Shown here piece by piece: positions 37,177 to 48,939 of a stretch of DNA of 56,422 nt. Each line of letters begins with the position of its first letter. The first letter of the stretch is position 1. The notes below the pieces were generated by a model that was given only the letters and a program-made list of their open reading frames with translations, made no database searches and was not told the DNA's origin. Source of the DNA: a virus. Its lineage: Duplodnaviria > Caudoviricetes. The DNA is taken from positions 1 to 56,422 of the IMG/VR virus record IMGVR_UViG_3300032288_002536; one strand, written 5' to 3'. The position numbers were made by a program, and so were the translations under genes.

Positions 37177-37641
37177 ATGGCAAATATGGATAATAAATGT
37201 TCAGATCTTCCAGTAGAGGACTTTCATACTGGATCTAACGACACTTTGGGATTAATTTACAACAAACAGAAAGAACTTCAGGAAAGATATGGATTCGATT
37301 TTAAGGATTGGTCTATTAAGCAGATAGCAGATTTTTGGATGGTAAATAAGCATGCACTTGGAGATGAATTAAATGAAATGTTTGATGCACTTGGTGGAAT
37401 TAACGACGGAATAGGTTCTGCTGGATGGAAATATTGGAAAGGAGACAACAAAAAAGCTAATGATATGAAAATATCGGATCTTACACAAGAAGATAAATTG
37501 GAGCTTTTCTATGAGTGGATCGATGGACTTCATTTCTATATGAACTTTGCTATTTCTATAGGTATGACAAGTAAAGATATTATTAATCTTTATATGGCAA
37601 AAAATTCCGAAAATCATAATCGCCAAGAGAGGGGATATTAA
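37177..37641 (+). CDS. T4 gp56-like dCTPase/dUTPase (dimeric all-alpha family)
   Basis: DELNE, WKYWK, EDKLELFYEWIDGLHF, KN.EN.NRQERGY. Confidence 0.85.
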   Translation: MANMDNKCSDLPVEDFHTGSNDTLGLIYNKQKELQERYGFDFKDWSIKQIADFWMVNKHALGDELNEMFDALGGINDGIGSAGWKYWKGDNKKANDMKISDLTQEDKLELFYEWIDGLHFYMNFAISIGMTSKDIINLYMAKNSENHNRQERGY

Positions 37642-37670
37642 ATATATAATATAAAAATAAAAGTAAATTC

Positions 37671-38651
37671 ATGGAAAAATTATTAACACCTAACCCGAAA
37701 AGATTTTCTCTGTTCCCTGTTCAAAACCACGATATGTGGACAATGTACAAAACTGCTGAAGCTTCTTTTTGGACTGCAGAAGAGATAGATCTTTCGCAAG
37801 ATATAACTCATTGGAGAGAAAAATTAAATGATAATGAGAGATATTTTATAAAGCACGTAATTGCTTTCTTTAATAACTCAGATGGGATAGTAAATGAGAA
37901 TCTTGCAGCTAACTTCTTTAATCAGGTTCAATATCCTGAGGCTAGGTGTTTTTATGGATTTCAATTAGCAATTGAAAACATCCACGGAGAAACATATTCA
38001 TTACTGATAGACACTTACATAAATGATGAGGAAGAAAAGGATCATTTATTTAATGCTATTGATACAGTTCCTTCTGTTAAAAGAAAAGCAGATTGGGCTA
38101 TGAAATGGATAGAGAATGGATCATTCGTAGAAACATTAATTGCTTTTGCTGCAGTAGAGGGAATATTCTTCTCGGGATCTTTCTGTTCTATATTCTGGTT
38201 AAAGAAAAGAGGATTGATGCCGGGCCTATGTTTTGCTAATGAACTTATATCTAGAGACGAGGGATTACATTGTGATTTCGCTTGTTTACTTTACACTAAC
38301 CACATCGAAAACAAACTTCCAGAGGAAACAGTGATAAGTATAATTTCTGAAGCTGTGGAGATCGAAAAAGAATTTGTTACATCTTCCCTTCCTGTTAGAC
38401 TTATTGGAATGAACTCGGATCTTATGTGCGAATATATCGAATTTGTTGCAGATAGATTATTGGTTTCTTTAGGATGTGCTAAGATCTATAACACAAGATG
38501 TCCTTTTGATTTTATGGTTAATATAGCTCTAGAGAACAAAGGAAATTTCTTCGAGGGAAGAGTGGGATCATATCAAAAATCCGGTGTAATGGACAGCACA
38601 AAGGATAACAAAGATTCTGGAAAAACATTCACTATGGATGCAGATTTCTAA
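37671..38651 (+). CDS. nrdB: Ribonucleotide reductase class Ia beta subunit
   Basis: [47 protein letters not shown]. Confidence 0.97.
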   Translation: MEKLLTPNPKRFSLFPVQNHDMWTMYKTAEASFWTAEEIDLSQDITHWREKLNDNERYFIKHVIAFFNNSDGIVNENLAANFFNQVQYPEARCFYGFQLAIENIHGETYSLLIDTYINDEEEKDHLFNAIDTVPSVKRKADWAMKWIENGSFVETLIAFAAVEGIFFSGSFCSIFWLKKRGLMPGLCFANELISRDEGLHCDFACLLYTNHIENKLPEETVISIISEAVEIEKEFVTSSLPVRLIGMNSDLMCEYIEFVADRLLVSLGCAKIYNTRCPFDFMVNIALENKGNFFEGRVGSYQKSGVMDSTKDNKDSGKTFTMDADF

Positions 38652-38682
38652 TTTGATAATATACCTTTATTTGAATATATAA

Positions 38683-39750
<1,068 letters not shown>

Positions 39751-39858
39751 TTTTATAAAGTATTAATTGCAAATCCTGGGAAAGGAATAATTTTTTAGTC
39801 CTCGGATGAAATATTAATTGTTTCTACAACTAGTATAAAGACAAAATAAAAATAAAAA

Positions 39859-42225
39859 ATGGAAGTAATAAAAAGGGATGGATCACGTGAAAGGGTAAAG
39901 CTCGACAAGATCCTTAATAGGGTTAAGAAGCAGTGCTACGGATTAAATATGGATTATATTGAACCCATGGAAATTGCAAAGAAAGTTATCCACGGATTAT
40001 ATGATGGTATATCATCAGTTGAGTTGGATACATTAGCTGCTGAAACAGCTGCTGCTCTTACTCCAACACATCCAGATTACTCTATTTTAGCTTCTAGAAT
40101 TTGTGTTACTTCTCTGCATAAAAGAACACCGAAGAGTTTTTCTCAAGTGATAGAACAGCTCTATAACTACGTAGATCCTAGAACTGGAATGAAAGCTCCG
40201 ATGATTGCGGATGATGTCTATGAGATAATAATGAATAATTCTAAAGATATAGATTCACAAATCATTACAGATAGGGATCTTGATTATGATTATTTTGGTT
40301 TTAAAACTCTAGAAAAATCATATCTATTAAAAATAGATGGACAACCTTCTGAGAGACCACAACACATGCTAATGAGAGTTGCTATAGGAATTCATAAAAA
40401 CGATCTCAATTCAGCTTATAAGACATATGATCTAATGAGCCAAGGATTCTTTACCCATGCAACCCCCACTTTATTCAATTCTGGAACTAGAAGACCCCAA
40501 CTTTCTTCTTGTTTTTTAGTATCTATGAATGACGATTCTATCCAAGGTATTTATAAAACACTATCAGATGTTGCTCAGATATCAAAAAATGCAGGAGGTA
40601 TAGGTTTACATATTCACAATATTAGAGGAACTGGTGCTTATATAAAAGGTACTAATGGAACATCTAATGGAATTATTCCAATGCTTAAGGTATTCAATGA
40701 GACTGCTAGATATGTTGATCAGGGTGGGGGTAGAAGAAAAGGGTCTTTTGCAATATATTTAGAACCATGGCATTGTGATGTTGAAGATTTTCTAAACCTA
40801 AGAAAGAATCACGGTAAGGAAGAGATGAGAGCTAGGGATCTTTTCTTAGCACTTTGGACACCTGATTTATTTATGGAGAGAGTTAGAGAAAATGGAGATT
40901 GGACTCTTTTCTCACCTGATGAAGCCCCTGGATTAGATGATTGCTATGGCGATAAATTTAATGAACTTTATACTAAATATGAAAGTGAAGGAAAAGGTAG
41001 AAAAACTGTTAAAGCTCAAGATCTTTGGTATAAAATTATAGAAGCCCAAATCGAAACAGGAACTCCTTACATTCTTTATAAAGATTCAGCAAATACTAAA
41101 TCTAATCAGAAAAATTTAGGAACAATTAAATCATCTAATCTTTGTACGGAGATTATAGAATATTCAGATTCTAAAGAAACTGCTGTATGTAATTTAGCTT
41201 CAATTGCACTTCCTAAATTTATTATACCGGGTAAAAAACCTAAGTATGATTTTAATGCTCTTAAGGATATAGCTTACACTGCAACATTTAATCTTAATCG
41301 TGTAATTGATGTTAACTATTATCCTACTAAAGAAACTAAGACTTCCAACATGAAGCATAGACCAATTGGTATTGGAGTACAGGGTCTTGCTGATACTTTT
41401 GCTATACTTAAAATACCTTTTGATTCTGAGGAAGCTACTCAATTAGATAGAGAGATATTTGAAACAATATATTATGGAGCTATGTGTGCTTCAGTTGATC
41501 TTGCAGAAAAAGAGGGAGCTTATGAGTCATTTAAAGGATCTCCCCTTTCCAAGGGAATATTCCAATTTGATCTATGGAATGAAACCCCAGGAACAAGATG
41601 GGATTGGGAATCTTTAAGAGAAAGGGTAAAAACACACGGAGCTAGAAATTCTTTATTACTCGCTCCTATGCCTACTGCATCAACCAGTCAGATACTAGGA
41701 AACAATGAATGTTTTGAACCTTTCACATCTAATATTTACATTAGAAAAACATTATCTGGAGAATTCCCAGTGGTTAATAAACATTTAGTTAAGGATCTAG
41801 TAAAACTTGGATTATGGGACGAATCCCTAAGGGATAAGATAATTATAAATAATGGTTCTATCCAGGAAATAAATGAAATTCCGGACGATCTCAAAATAAT
41901 CTATAAGACTGCTTGGGAGATGAGTCAGAAGGTTATAATTGATCATGCTGCAGCTAGATCCCCTTTTATATGTCAGAGTCAGAGTATGAATCTATTTGTA
42001 CAGGATGCTAACTTTGCTAAATTATCATCCGCTCATTTCTATGGATGGGGTAAAGGTTTAAAAACGGGAAGTTACTACATCAGAACAAAAGCTGCTACTA
42101 CTGCAATTAAAGGATTGGGGATAGATATGTCAAGAAGCGAGCCAGTTAAATCTGAATCGGATAACTATAGCGACTTAGTATGTAGCATAGATAATCCAGA
42201 GGATTGCGAAGCTTGCGGATCTTAA
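39859..42225 (+). CDS. nrdA: Ribonucleotide reductase class Ia alpha subunit with ATP cone
   Basis: VIKRDG ATP cone, ATPTLFN, QLSSCFL, SNLCTEI, VCNLAS, PMPTAST, terminal CEACGS. Confidence 0.97.
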   Translation: MEVIKRDGSRERVKLDKILNRVKKQCYGLNMDYIEPMEIAKKVIHGLYDGISSVELDTLAAETAAALTPTHPDYSILASRICVTSLHKRTPKSFSQVIEQLYNYVDPRTGMKAPMIADDVYEIIMNNSKDIDSQIITDRDLDYDYFGFKTLEKSYLLKIDGQPSERPQHMLMRVAIGIHKNDLNSAYKTYDLMSQGFFTHATPTLFNSGTRRPQLSSCFLVSMNDDSIQGIYKTLSDVAQISKNAGGIGLHIHNIRGTGAYIKGTNGTSNGIIPMLKVFNETARYVDQGGGRRKGSFAIYLEPWHCDVEDFLNLRKNHGKEEMRARDLFLALWTPDLFMERVRENGDWTLFSPDEAPGLDDCYGDKFNELYTKYESEGKGRKTVKAQDLWYKIIEAQIETGTPYILYKDSANTKSNQKNLGTIKSSNLCTEIIEYSDSKETAVCNLASIALPKFIIPGKKPKYDFNALKDIAYTATFNLNRVIDVNYYPTKETKTSNMKHRPIGIGVQGLADTFAILKIPFDSEEATQLDREIFETIYYGAMCASVDLAEKEGAYESFKGSPLSKGIFQFDLWNETPGTRWDWESLRERVKTHGARNSLLLAPMPTASTSQILGNNECFEPFTSNIYIRKTLSGEFPVVNKHLVKDLVKLGLWDESLRDKIIINNGSIQEINEIPDDLKIIYKTAWEMSQKVIIDHAAARSPFICQSQSMNLFVQDANFAKLSSAHFYGWGKGLKTGSYYIRTKAATTAIKGLGIDMSRSEPVKSESDNYSDLVCSIDNPEDCEACGS

Positions 42226-42233
42226 TATATTTT

Positions 42234-42893
42234 ATGGAAAAAAAGAATAACCCAAAGAAGATTGAAAATTTTAAGGAATTCGTTAAAGAATATGGAGACA
42301 TAGACGGAAAAGAAAACCTTGAAGAAATACCATGTATAATTATAACAGGACCTCCTGGGTGCGGTAAAGGAACACAATCCAAAATAATATCAAAAGGAAT
42401 GAGATGGAAACACATCTCTACTGGGGATATACTTAGACAATCTAATAACAAAGAAATAAAAAAACTAATGAAAACGGGGAAGTTACTTCCTGATGATTTA
42501 GTTGGTAAAGAGCTAATAGATTATCTTAAGGAATACTCAAAGGATCATGATCCCAAGGGTTTTATATTTGATGGATATCCTAGAAATCTATCACAGAAAG
42601 ATATATTCAATGAAATATGTAGGGTCAACAAACTAAATCTAGTTTATGTATTTTTTCTTAACGGACCAGAATCTCTATTAAAGAAAAGGATAGTCGAGAG
42701 AGGAAAAACGTCTGGAAGATCTGACGATAAAAGTGAGAAAGCTTTTGATAGAAGGATGGAAGAATATAATGAACAAACTCTACCTATGATCGAATCGATG
42801 AGAAACGGATCTAATTTCTTAGAAATATCTTGCAACAGAAATTTAGAAGAGATTACATCTCTAATATTCAAGAAACTTAATAGCGTTTCCTAG
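42234..42893 (+). CDS. adk: Adenylate kinase (short LID) with N-terminal extension
   Basis: GPPGCGKGTQ, HISTGDILR, FDGYPR, GRSDD; start set at ATG 42234. Confidence 0.92.
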   Translation: MEKKNNPKKIENFKEFVKEYGDIDGKENLEEIPCIIITGPPGCGKGTQSKIISKGMRWKHISTGDILRQSNNKEIKKLMKTGKLLPDDLVGKELIDYLKEYSKDHDPKGFIFDGYPRNLSQKDIFNEICRVNKLNLVYVFFLNGPESLLKKRIVERGKTSGRSDDKSEKAFDRRMEEYNEQTLPMIESMRNGSNFLEISCNRNLEEITSLIFKKLNSVS

Positions 42894-42900
42894 TATAAAT
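42872..42900 (+). promoter_or_regulatory. Putative middle promoter GAAAC-N17-TATAAAT
   Basis: Same bipartite motif. Confidence 0.45.
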
Positions 42901-42920
42901 ATTAATCAAAAACAAATAAA

Positions 42921-44180
42921 ATGGCCAAAAAAAAGGAAGAAACCCCAATTGATGACATTAAAAAAGATGAATCAGTAAATTTAAATCCGCAGCCAACTAT
43001 CTGTCTTACTATGATAGTTAAAAACGAATCTGAAGTTATACGAAGATGTATAGATTCAGTGAAAGATTATATTAGCTATTGGGTAATAGTAGATACCGGA
43101 TCAACGGATGGTACACAGGATCTTATAAAAGAAATAATGGCTGAGTATGAGATACCTGGGGAATTACATGAAAGACCTTGGGTTGATTTCGGACATAATA
43201 GGACAGAAAGTCTTAATTATTCTAAGGATAAGGCAGATTATAGACTTGTTATAGATGCTGATGATGTTTTATTTGTAGAAAATCCAGAAGAAAATCCATT
43301 TGTCAATATGACTAAGGATTTTTATAAGATAAGAATAAGATTAGGATCGCTGGCATACTATAGAACTCAGGTTGTAAGAGGAGATCAGGATTGGAAATAT
43401 GTTGGGGTTTTACATGAATACCTATCTGGGCCAGAGGGAATTGAATTAGAGGAGGATTTTATAAATGGTGCTGAGATGCACGCTTCGGTTTCTGGCCACA
43501 ATAGAGATATCAAAGGTAAGGACAAATATCACAATGATGCCTTAATATTCGAGAAAGCTCTTTTAACAACACCAAAAGAAGAACTTCCTATAGATCTTGA
43601 GAGAAGATATGTTTTTTATATGGCTCAAAGCTATAGAGATGCTGGTATGCACGAGAGATCTATCGAATCATACCAGAGAAGAATAGATCTTGGTGGATGG
43701 CCGGAAGAGGTTTACATCTCAAAATATTGGATTGCTAGACAAAAACAAAATCTAGAAAGACCTGATGAGGAAATCATAGATGCTTATTTAAAAGCTTGGG
43801 AATATAGACCTAACAGATTGGAATCATTGTACCATCTAATTAAGTTTTTAGGAAGTAGAAAAAGATATGCTCTTGCATTTGCATTTTCTGCGATAGGTAT
43901 GAAAACTGGTCCTTGTACAGATATACTCTTTGTAGAGGATGATATTTGGAAATGGAGGATGCCTGATGAATATTCTGTTCTAGCTTATTATAACGGAAAC
44001 GCGGAAGAGGCTATGAAGGTAACAAATATTCTTATTAGTTCCCCTGTATTCCAGAAAATACCAAAGAACGAACAGGATAGAATAATGAAAAACGTAGGAT
44101 TCTATCAAAAGGCTATAGAAAGAACACCAGAGGAAGTACAAGAAGAAGTTAAAGAAAATACGGAATTACAGGAATCTTAG
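42921..44180 (+). CDS. GT2 glycosyltransferase with C-terminal TPR-like repeats
   Basis: ICLTMIVKNE, VDTGSTDGT, DFG.NR, IDADD, GVLHE, R..FY.AQSY.D. Confidence 0.9.
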   Translation: MAKKKEETPIDDIKKDESVNLNPQPTICLTMIVKNESEVIRRCIDSVKDYISYWVIVDTGSTDGTQDLIKEIMAEYEIPGELHERPWVDFGHNRTESLNYSKDKADYRLVIDADDVLFVENPEENPFVNMTKDFYKIRIRLGSLAYYRTQVVRGDQDWKYVGVLHEYLSGPEGIELEEDFINGAEMHASVSGHNRDIKGKDKYHNDALIFEKALLTTPKEELPIDLERRYVFYMAQSYRDAGMHERSIESYQRRIDLGGWPEEVYISKYWIARQKQNLERPDEEIIDAYLKAWEYRPNRLESLYHLIKFLGSRKRYALAFAFSAIGMKTGPCTDILFVEDDIWKWRMPDEYSVLAYYNGNAEEAMKVTNILISSPVFQKIPKNEQDRIMKNVGFYQKAIERTPEEVQEEVKENTELQES

Positions 44181-44188
44181 GATATATA
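44181..44188 (+). promoter_or_regulatory. Putative late promoter GATATATA
   Basis: Intergenic motif. Confidence 0.65.
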
Positions 44189-44206
44189 GTGTAAAAGCTA
44201 TATAAA

Positions 44207-44689
44207 ATGTTAATCTTAAGATTTCAAGAATTCATTAATGAATCAGTATACAACGTAGGAGTTCCTATCTATAGAGGATCTAGTTTTCAACCAGAAAAAA
44301 CTATAAAAAGAAATAAGTTTATTGGTGAGTTGAAAAGCTATCTTTCTCAAGTAGCTAATGGTACTTTATCACAAATAACTATAGTTGCTGAAATACCAAC
44401 TCAAGGTAAGAATATGCCTAGTTATTTAAAGGATATTTACTCAGAAATGGGATATGATCCTTCTGGAGAAAGAGAAGATATGTATGATCCAGAAACTGAC
44501 GTTTATATGGGCGACAGAAGCAGAACTGCAGATGAGCCAGAATCAAATGTATTCGTAGATTCTGAATTTATAGTTAAAGATGTTGACGAATCAAGAGGTG
44601 TTATAATAGCAACTCCATATTCTCTTAGAAAAAGAGACATTATAGTTGAAATAACACCAGACATGGTAGACGAAGCTCATATTAAGTAA
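44207..44689 (+). CDS. Hypothetical protein with capsid-targeting-like N-terminus
   Basis: ILRFQEFINES. Confidence 0.65.
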   Translation: MLILRFQEFINESVYNVGVPIYRGSSFQPEKTIKRNKFIGELKSYLSQVANGTLSQITIVAEIPTQGKNMPSYLKDIYSEMGYDPSGEREDMYDPETDVYMGDRSRTADEPESNVFVDSEFIVKDVDESRGVIIATPYSLRKRDIIVEITPDMVDEAHIK

Positions 44690-44690
44690 T

Positions 44691-45059
44691 ATGGATAATA
44701 TAGAACATGATGATTTCTACATAGCAAAAATAGGAGATCATACTTTTATATTAGAAGAATGTAAAGACTTTCCAAAAGGACTTTCAGAAAGAGAGCATCT
44801 CCTAGAAAACGAGGGGATGCTTTTTAATTTTAATGCAGATGGGGAAAGATCCTTCCATATGAAGGGATGCTTGATTCCACTGGATATAATATTTGTAAAA
44901 GGTGGTAAAATAGAAAAAATATATCACAATTGCAATCCGTGCCATATGGATGAGTGTGAAAAGTTCGAACATGGATCATCCGATGCGGTTATAGAATTAA
45001 TGGGGGGTACTTGCAAGAAAAATAATATAAACGAGGGACTGATATATCGTCTCATGTAA
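44691..45059 (+). CDS. DUF192-family protein
   Basis: GL..R..L..NEGMLF.F, F.MK...IPLDIIF, VIEL.GG. Confidence 0.85.
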   Translation: MDNIEHDDFYIAKIGDHTFILEECKDFPKGLSEREHLLENEGMLFNFNADGERSFHMKGCLIPLDIIFVKGGKIEKIYHNCNPCHMDECEKFEHGSSDAVIELMGGTCKKNNINEGLIYRLM

Positions 45060-45088
45060 GAAACTTTTCCCTCCTTATCTAGTTAAAA
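45060..45088 (+). promoter_or_regulatory. Putative middle promoter GAAAC-N19-TAAAA
   Basis: Upstream of topoisomerase large subunit. Confidence 0.55.
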
Positions 45089-45129
45089 AGCTAGAGTATT
45101 TTATAAATACATTTAATTTCTAATCAATA

Positions 45130-46917
45130 ATGTCATCCAATAAAGAGATAAAGGTTTTATCGGAAAGGGAGCACATACTCCTAAGGCCAACTGTATATGT
45201 AGGAAGTGTAAAACCAACCGACGAGAAGGTTCCAATAGTAAAGGATAACAAGATTTTTATTGAATCTAAGAAGATTTCGGTAGGAATGTATAAATTATTC
45301 GACGAAGTCTTTTCTAATGCGTTAGACGAAGCTAAACGCATGAAAGGAAAGATGAAAACTATAAATATTATTGTTAATTCTAAAGATAATACCGTTTCAG
45401 TTAAAGATACAGGAAATGGATTTTACAAAGGAACAGATATTAACAAAGTTAGTGGTAAAACAAACATAGAAACTGCAGTATCCCAATTAAGAGCAGGTTC
45501 TAACTTTGAGAATGATGACGTAGAGGAATCGTTGGTAGGAACTAATGGTATGGGTGTTAGTCTTGTTAATGTTTTATCTAGATATTTCTCGATAGAAACT
45601 GTAAATGATAAGGCTCATTATTTTCAAGAATGGAAAAATTACGAGGGAAGCGATCCTAAAATAAATAAGAATAAGACAGGACTTAAAACTGGTACAACAG
45701 TAACATTTAAACCCCTATCGGATGTTTTCGGCGGGGATAAATGGGACAAAGAGGTTCTTACATCCACTTTAATACTAAAGTACGATCTTATAAAAAGAGA
45801 TCCAATCCTGAGTAATCTGAACATAGAACTTATTTGGGATGGAGATTTAGTTGATTTAAATGTGGGATTTGTACCAGATAATTCTTTTAAAATAAACACT
45901 GATATAGGACAAATAACTATATGGGAAAAATACGAGGGATCTGGTTCAATTAGTTTTGTTAATTCTGCTATGTGTACTGGTATACATCAGAAGATAGTTA
46001 ATGATTTTATTAATCAAAAACTTGATGACACATTGGGGCACCATTTTTATGACTCCCTTATAGTTTTAAATCTCCCACCAAAATATGTAAAGTTTGGGGA
46101 TCAGAACAAAACTAGGTTTGTAACGACTAGAGAGGAAATTGAAAATCATTTAATTAATAAGTTTGGATCTAAGCTACAGAACTTCTTTAAAACTGAATTA
46201 TTTGAAAGAATAGTTAAGAAGGTAGAAGAAAGGAAAAATGATGGATACGTAAAAAAATTAAGAGCAGAGAAAAGAAAAGTGAATCTTAAACATTCACACA
46301 AATATTTTCCTGCTCAGAAATCAGTAGCGGAAAATCTTTTTATAGTTGAGGGACTTTCTGCTATGGGATCTATACTACAGAAAAGGAATCCAAAAGAGGA
46401 TGGAGTATATGCTCTAAAAGGAAAAATAAAGAATTGTAAAAATATAGGAGATTTATCAGAAAATAAAGAAATCCTAGAGCTAATGCAAATACTTGGATTA
46501 GATCCCACAACAAGAAATTTAGATATTGTTGGATATAAAAAAATAGTAATAGCAACGGATCCGGACCCAGACGGATCACACATAACATCCCTTTTGATAA
46601 ATCTTTTCTATAAATGGTTCCCTATGATAATAAGGATGAAGAGATTAAGCTTCTTAAAGATTCCCTTAGTTTCTTCCGGGGATTCTAAGAAAAGAAAATA
46701 CTATTGGGACATGGATGATTTTAAAAAATCTAAGCCGACTGGTAATATTAGATATTTGAAAGGACTCGGATCTTTATCCCTAGATGATTGGGAGTGGGTT
46801 ATGGGTAATAAATCACTAATATCAATAGAGGAGAGTGATGACAGTAAGGAGAAATTAGAAATGGCTTTTGGTGATTCTTCAGATTTAAGAAAAAAATGGT
46901 TATCTAATAATAAATAG
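45130..46917 (+). CDS. Type IIA DNA topoisomerase ATPase/TOPRIM subunit (T4 gp39+gp60-like)
   Basis: EHILLRP..YVGS, EVFSNALDE, GTNGMG, VEGLSA, LKGK, TDPDPDGSHI, RYLKGLGS. Confidence 0.93.
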   Translation: MSSNKEIKVLSEREHILLRPTVYVGSVKPTDEKVPIVKDNKIFIESKKISVGMYKLFDEVFSNALDEAKRMKGKMKTINIIVNSKDNTVSVKDTGNGFYKGTDINKVSGKTNIETAVSQLRAGSNFENDDVEESLVGTNGMGVSLVNVLSRYFSIETVNDKAHYFQEWKNYEGSDPKINKNKTGLKTGTTVTFKPLSDVFGGDKWDKEVLTSTLILKYDLIKRDPILSNLNIELIWDGDLVDLNVGFVPDNSFKINTDIGQITIWEKYEGSGSISFVNSAMCTGIHQKIVNDFINQKLDDTLGHHFYDSLIVLNLPPKYVKFGDQNKTRFVTTREEIENHLINKFGSKLQNFFKTELFERIVKKVEERKNDGYVKKLRAEKRKVNLKHSHKYFPAQKSVAENLFIVEGLSAMGSILQKRNPKEDGVYALKGKIKNCKNIGDLSENKEILELMQILGLDPTTRNLDIVGYKKIVIATDPDPDGSHITSLLINLFYKWFPMIIRMKRLSFLKIPLVSSGDSKKRKYYWDMDDFKKSKPTGNIRYLKGLGSLSLDDWEWVMGNKSLISIEESDDSKEKLEMAFGDSSDLRKKWLSNNK

Positions 46918-46929
46918 ATATATACTCTG

Positions 46930-47673
46930 ATGATTTTAAGATTAAAGGACTTTGTTTTTGAGCAGGAGATGGAGAAAAATCCAGAATCTCCGGTTACACC
47001 ATCTCCTAGTAGAGGTAAGCTATCAATTAATTGGGTTAAGCCAGATTTAGCTGAGGAGATATCTCATTATGATGACAAGGCTAAATTAGAATTTTATCAA
47101 CATAATATAACAATAGGTAATAGAGATATAGGAAGAACATCCCCTAGATCTACTAAATTCTACAAGTACATATCCGAGCCTTTTAAGAAAGGACATTTTG
47201 AGAATGTCCCCGTTGTTTCAGAAGGAAGCTTCGACATAAACAGCATACAGAACTTTATGGTTTATGAATACGATAATATAGTTAATGGTGCTTATGGAAG
47301 GGCTTATGGAGATGTACTAGTAAAGACCACAGATGAATTAAAGAAGAGAGGATCTCTGGATCTCCCTGCTCCTATAATTATAAAATTTATTAACTTCGGT
47401 GAAACTAGAACATCCGAAGAAGCTAGTTATTATCTATTTTCTGGAAACAGATTAGCTAATTTAGCACTTCAATATAATATTCCTGTTAAAGCATGGATCG
47501 TCGATCTAATACCTTCTAGAAGAGATGTTAGAGAGTTTGCAGATCAATCAGGAGCTTCTGCAAATCCTACTAAATTTAAAAAACTTCTTAGAAGAGAAAC
47601 AGGAAAAGAGTCTATAGACGACTTAACTGCTAGAGAAAGATTCAAAATCATCCAATCCCTTAAGAATTTTTAA
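46930..47673 (+). CDS. Protein with ParB/Srx-like domain and capsid-targeting-like N-terminus
   Basis: ILRLKDFVFE; LPAPIII...YYLFSGNRL...IPVKAWIV; GATATATA at 46917-46924. Confidence 0.5.
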   Translation: MILRLKDFVFEQEMEKNPESPVTPSPSRGKLSINWVKPDLAEEISHYDDKAKLEFYQHNITIGNRDIGRTSPRSTKFYKYISEPFKKGHFENVPVVSEGSFDINSIQNFMVYEYDNIVNGAYGRAYGDVLVKTTDELKKRGSLDLPAPIIIKFINFGETRTSEEASYYLFSGNRLANLALQYNIPVKAWIVDLIPSRRDVREFADQSGASANPTKFKKLLRRETGKESIDDLTARERFKIIQSLKNF

Positions 47674-47687
47674 TCTACCTTTATGGT

Positions 47688-48605
47688 ATGATATACGATA
47701 CTAGATTAGGATACTGTTGTCTGTGCCTTTCTTTGGAGAAAGAAAAAGTAACAACAAATAGGGGGATGATCAAAAGAACTTTCTTAGAAAGAGGGATTTC
47801 TTACGTTTCTGAGCTTTGTGTAAAAAATACTGAAGACCTCATAAGAATCATAAAATTTAATGGGGAGAAAAACATAAGGATGTACAGGATGAGTTCTGAT
47901 ATGTTTCCGTGGATGTCTGAGTATGAGTTAGAGGATCTTCCAGACTTTGAACAAATAAGGGACAATTTAAAAAAAGCTGGAGATATTTCAAAAGAATTGG
48001 ATCAGAGATTAAGCTTTCACCCCTCGCCTTATTGTGTTATAGCATCAGAAAATCCAAATGTTGTTGAGAAGTCTATAAAAGAGTTAAGACAGCATGCACA
48101 GATTATGGATCTAATGGACCTAGAAGCATCCCATAAATATCCTATAAACATACACATAAACACAACTAGACCAACCAAAGAAGAAGCTGCAAAAAGATTT
48201 TGTAAAGTATTTAATGGCCTTCCAGAGAATGTACAGAAAAGGTTAGTGGTTGAAAATGATGATAAAAAGAGCCAATTTACTCCATCAGATTTATACTCTA
48301 TGATATATAAAGAGATCATGGTACCGATAACATACGATTTCTTACACCATAAATGTAACCCAGATCAGTTATCTGAGATAGAAGCTTTAGACCTTTGTAT
48401 ATCAACATGGCCAAATGGAGTTGTTGCTCTAACACACTTCTCAGATTCTAGAAAAATATTTGAAGACTCCAATGCTAAGGAAGTTGCACATTCAGATTGG
48501 ATCTGGAGTAAAATAGAAACTTATCAGAGAGTTTTTGATATAGAATTAGAGGTGAAGATGAAAGATCTTGCCTTGCTGAAATACTTAGGGGAATGGAAGA
48601 AATAG
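47688..48605 (+). CDS. uvsE: UV damage endonuclease (UvsE/UVDE)
   Basis: RLGYCC, RMSSDMFP, RLSFHP, INIH, LVVENDD, DFLHH, HFS, AHSD, EVKMKD. Confidence 0.93.
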   Translation: MIYDTRLGYCCLCLSLEKEKVTTNRGMIKRTFLERGISYVSELCVKNTEDLIRIIKFNGEKNIRMYRMSSDMFPWMSEYELEDLPDFEQIRDNLKKAGDISKELDQRLSFHPSPYCVIASENPNVVEKSIKELRQHAQIMDLMDLEASHKYPINIHINTTRPTKEEAAKRFCKVFNGLPENVQKRLVVENDDKKSQFTPSDLYSMIYKEIMVPITYDFLHHKCNPDQLSEIEALDLCISTWPNGVVALTHFSDSRKIFEDSNAKEVAHSDWIWSKIETYQRVFDIELEVKMKDLALLKYLGEWKK

Positions 48606-48799
48606 ATTTAACTAATTCTAAATGGTCATTAGATGCAGCAATTTATCTAGTGAGTGTAGTGGAAGGTATAAAGGACAACTATCCAGAGATAGATTTAAAA
48701 AAAGAATTAGCGGACATGAAATACTCGGAAGAAGATCTTTTAGATCCCGAGAAGGTTTCTCTTTTAATGGAGAAATTAAATAAGATGTACCCTGATTAA
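48593..48799 (+). CDS. Hypothetical protein
   Basis: 68-aa ORF overlapping uvsE end. Confidence 0.55.
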   Translation: MEEIDLTNSKWSLDAAIYLVSVVEGIKDNYPEIDLKKELADMKYSEEDLLDPEKVSLLMEKLNKMYPD

Positions 48800-48801
48800 T
48801 T

Positions 48802-48939
48802 ATGAAAATATTTCTAAGATGTCTTTCATTTCCACTCTATCTGATTTTAGGAATGTCTGTTTATTTCATTCTTTTCCTTTATGAGTTTCCAAATTTGTTG
48901 ATTAATTTATTTACTGGATCTAAAAGGACTGATAATTGA
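48802..48939 (+). CDS. Small membrane protein, 45 aa, missing from ORF track
   Basis: [45 protein letters not shown]; its stop overlaps the TTG start of dnaJ. Confidence 0.5.
   Translation: MKIFLRCLSFPLYLILGMSVYFILFLYEFPNLLINLFTGSKRTDN

Noticed and set aside
39808-39839. GAAAT-N21-TATAAA upstream of nrdA as another copy of the GAAAC promoter
   Set aside because: Both the first box and the spacing deviate from the other copies, so it was not counted.
47676-47683. TACCTTTA just upstream of uvsE as a host-type -7 promoter element
   Set aside because: One mismatch to TAnnTTTG and no TTTG at the expected -33 position; too weak to call in AT-rich DNA.
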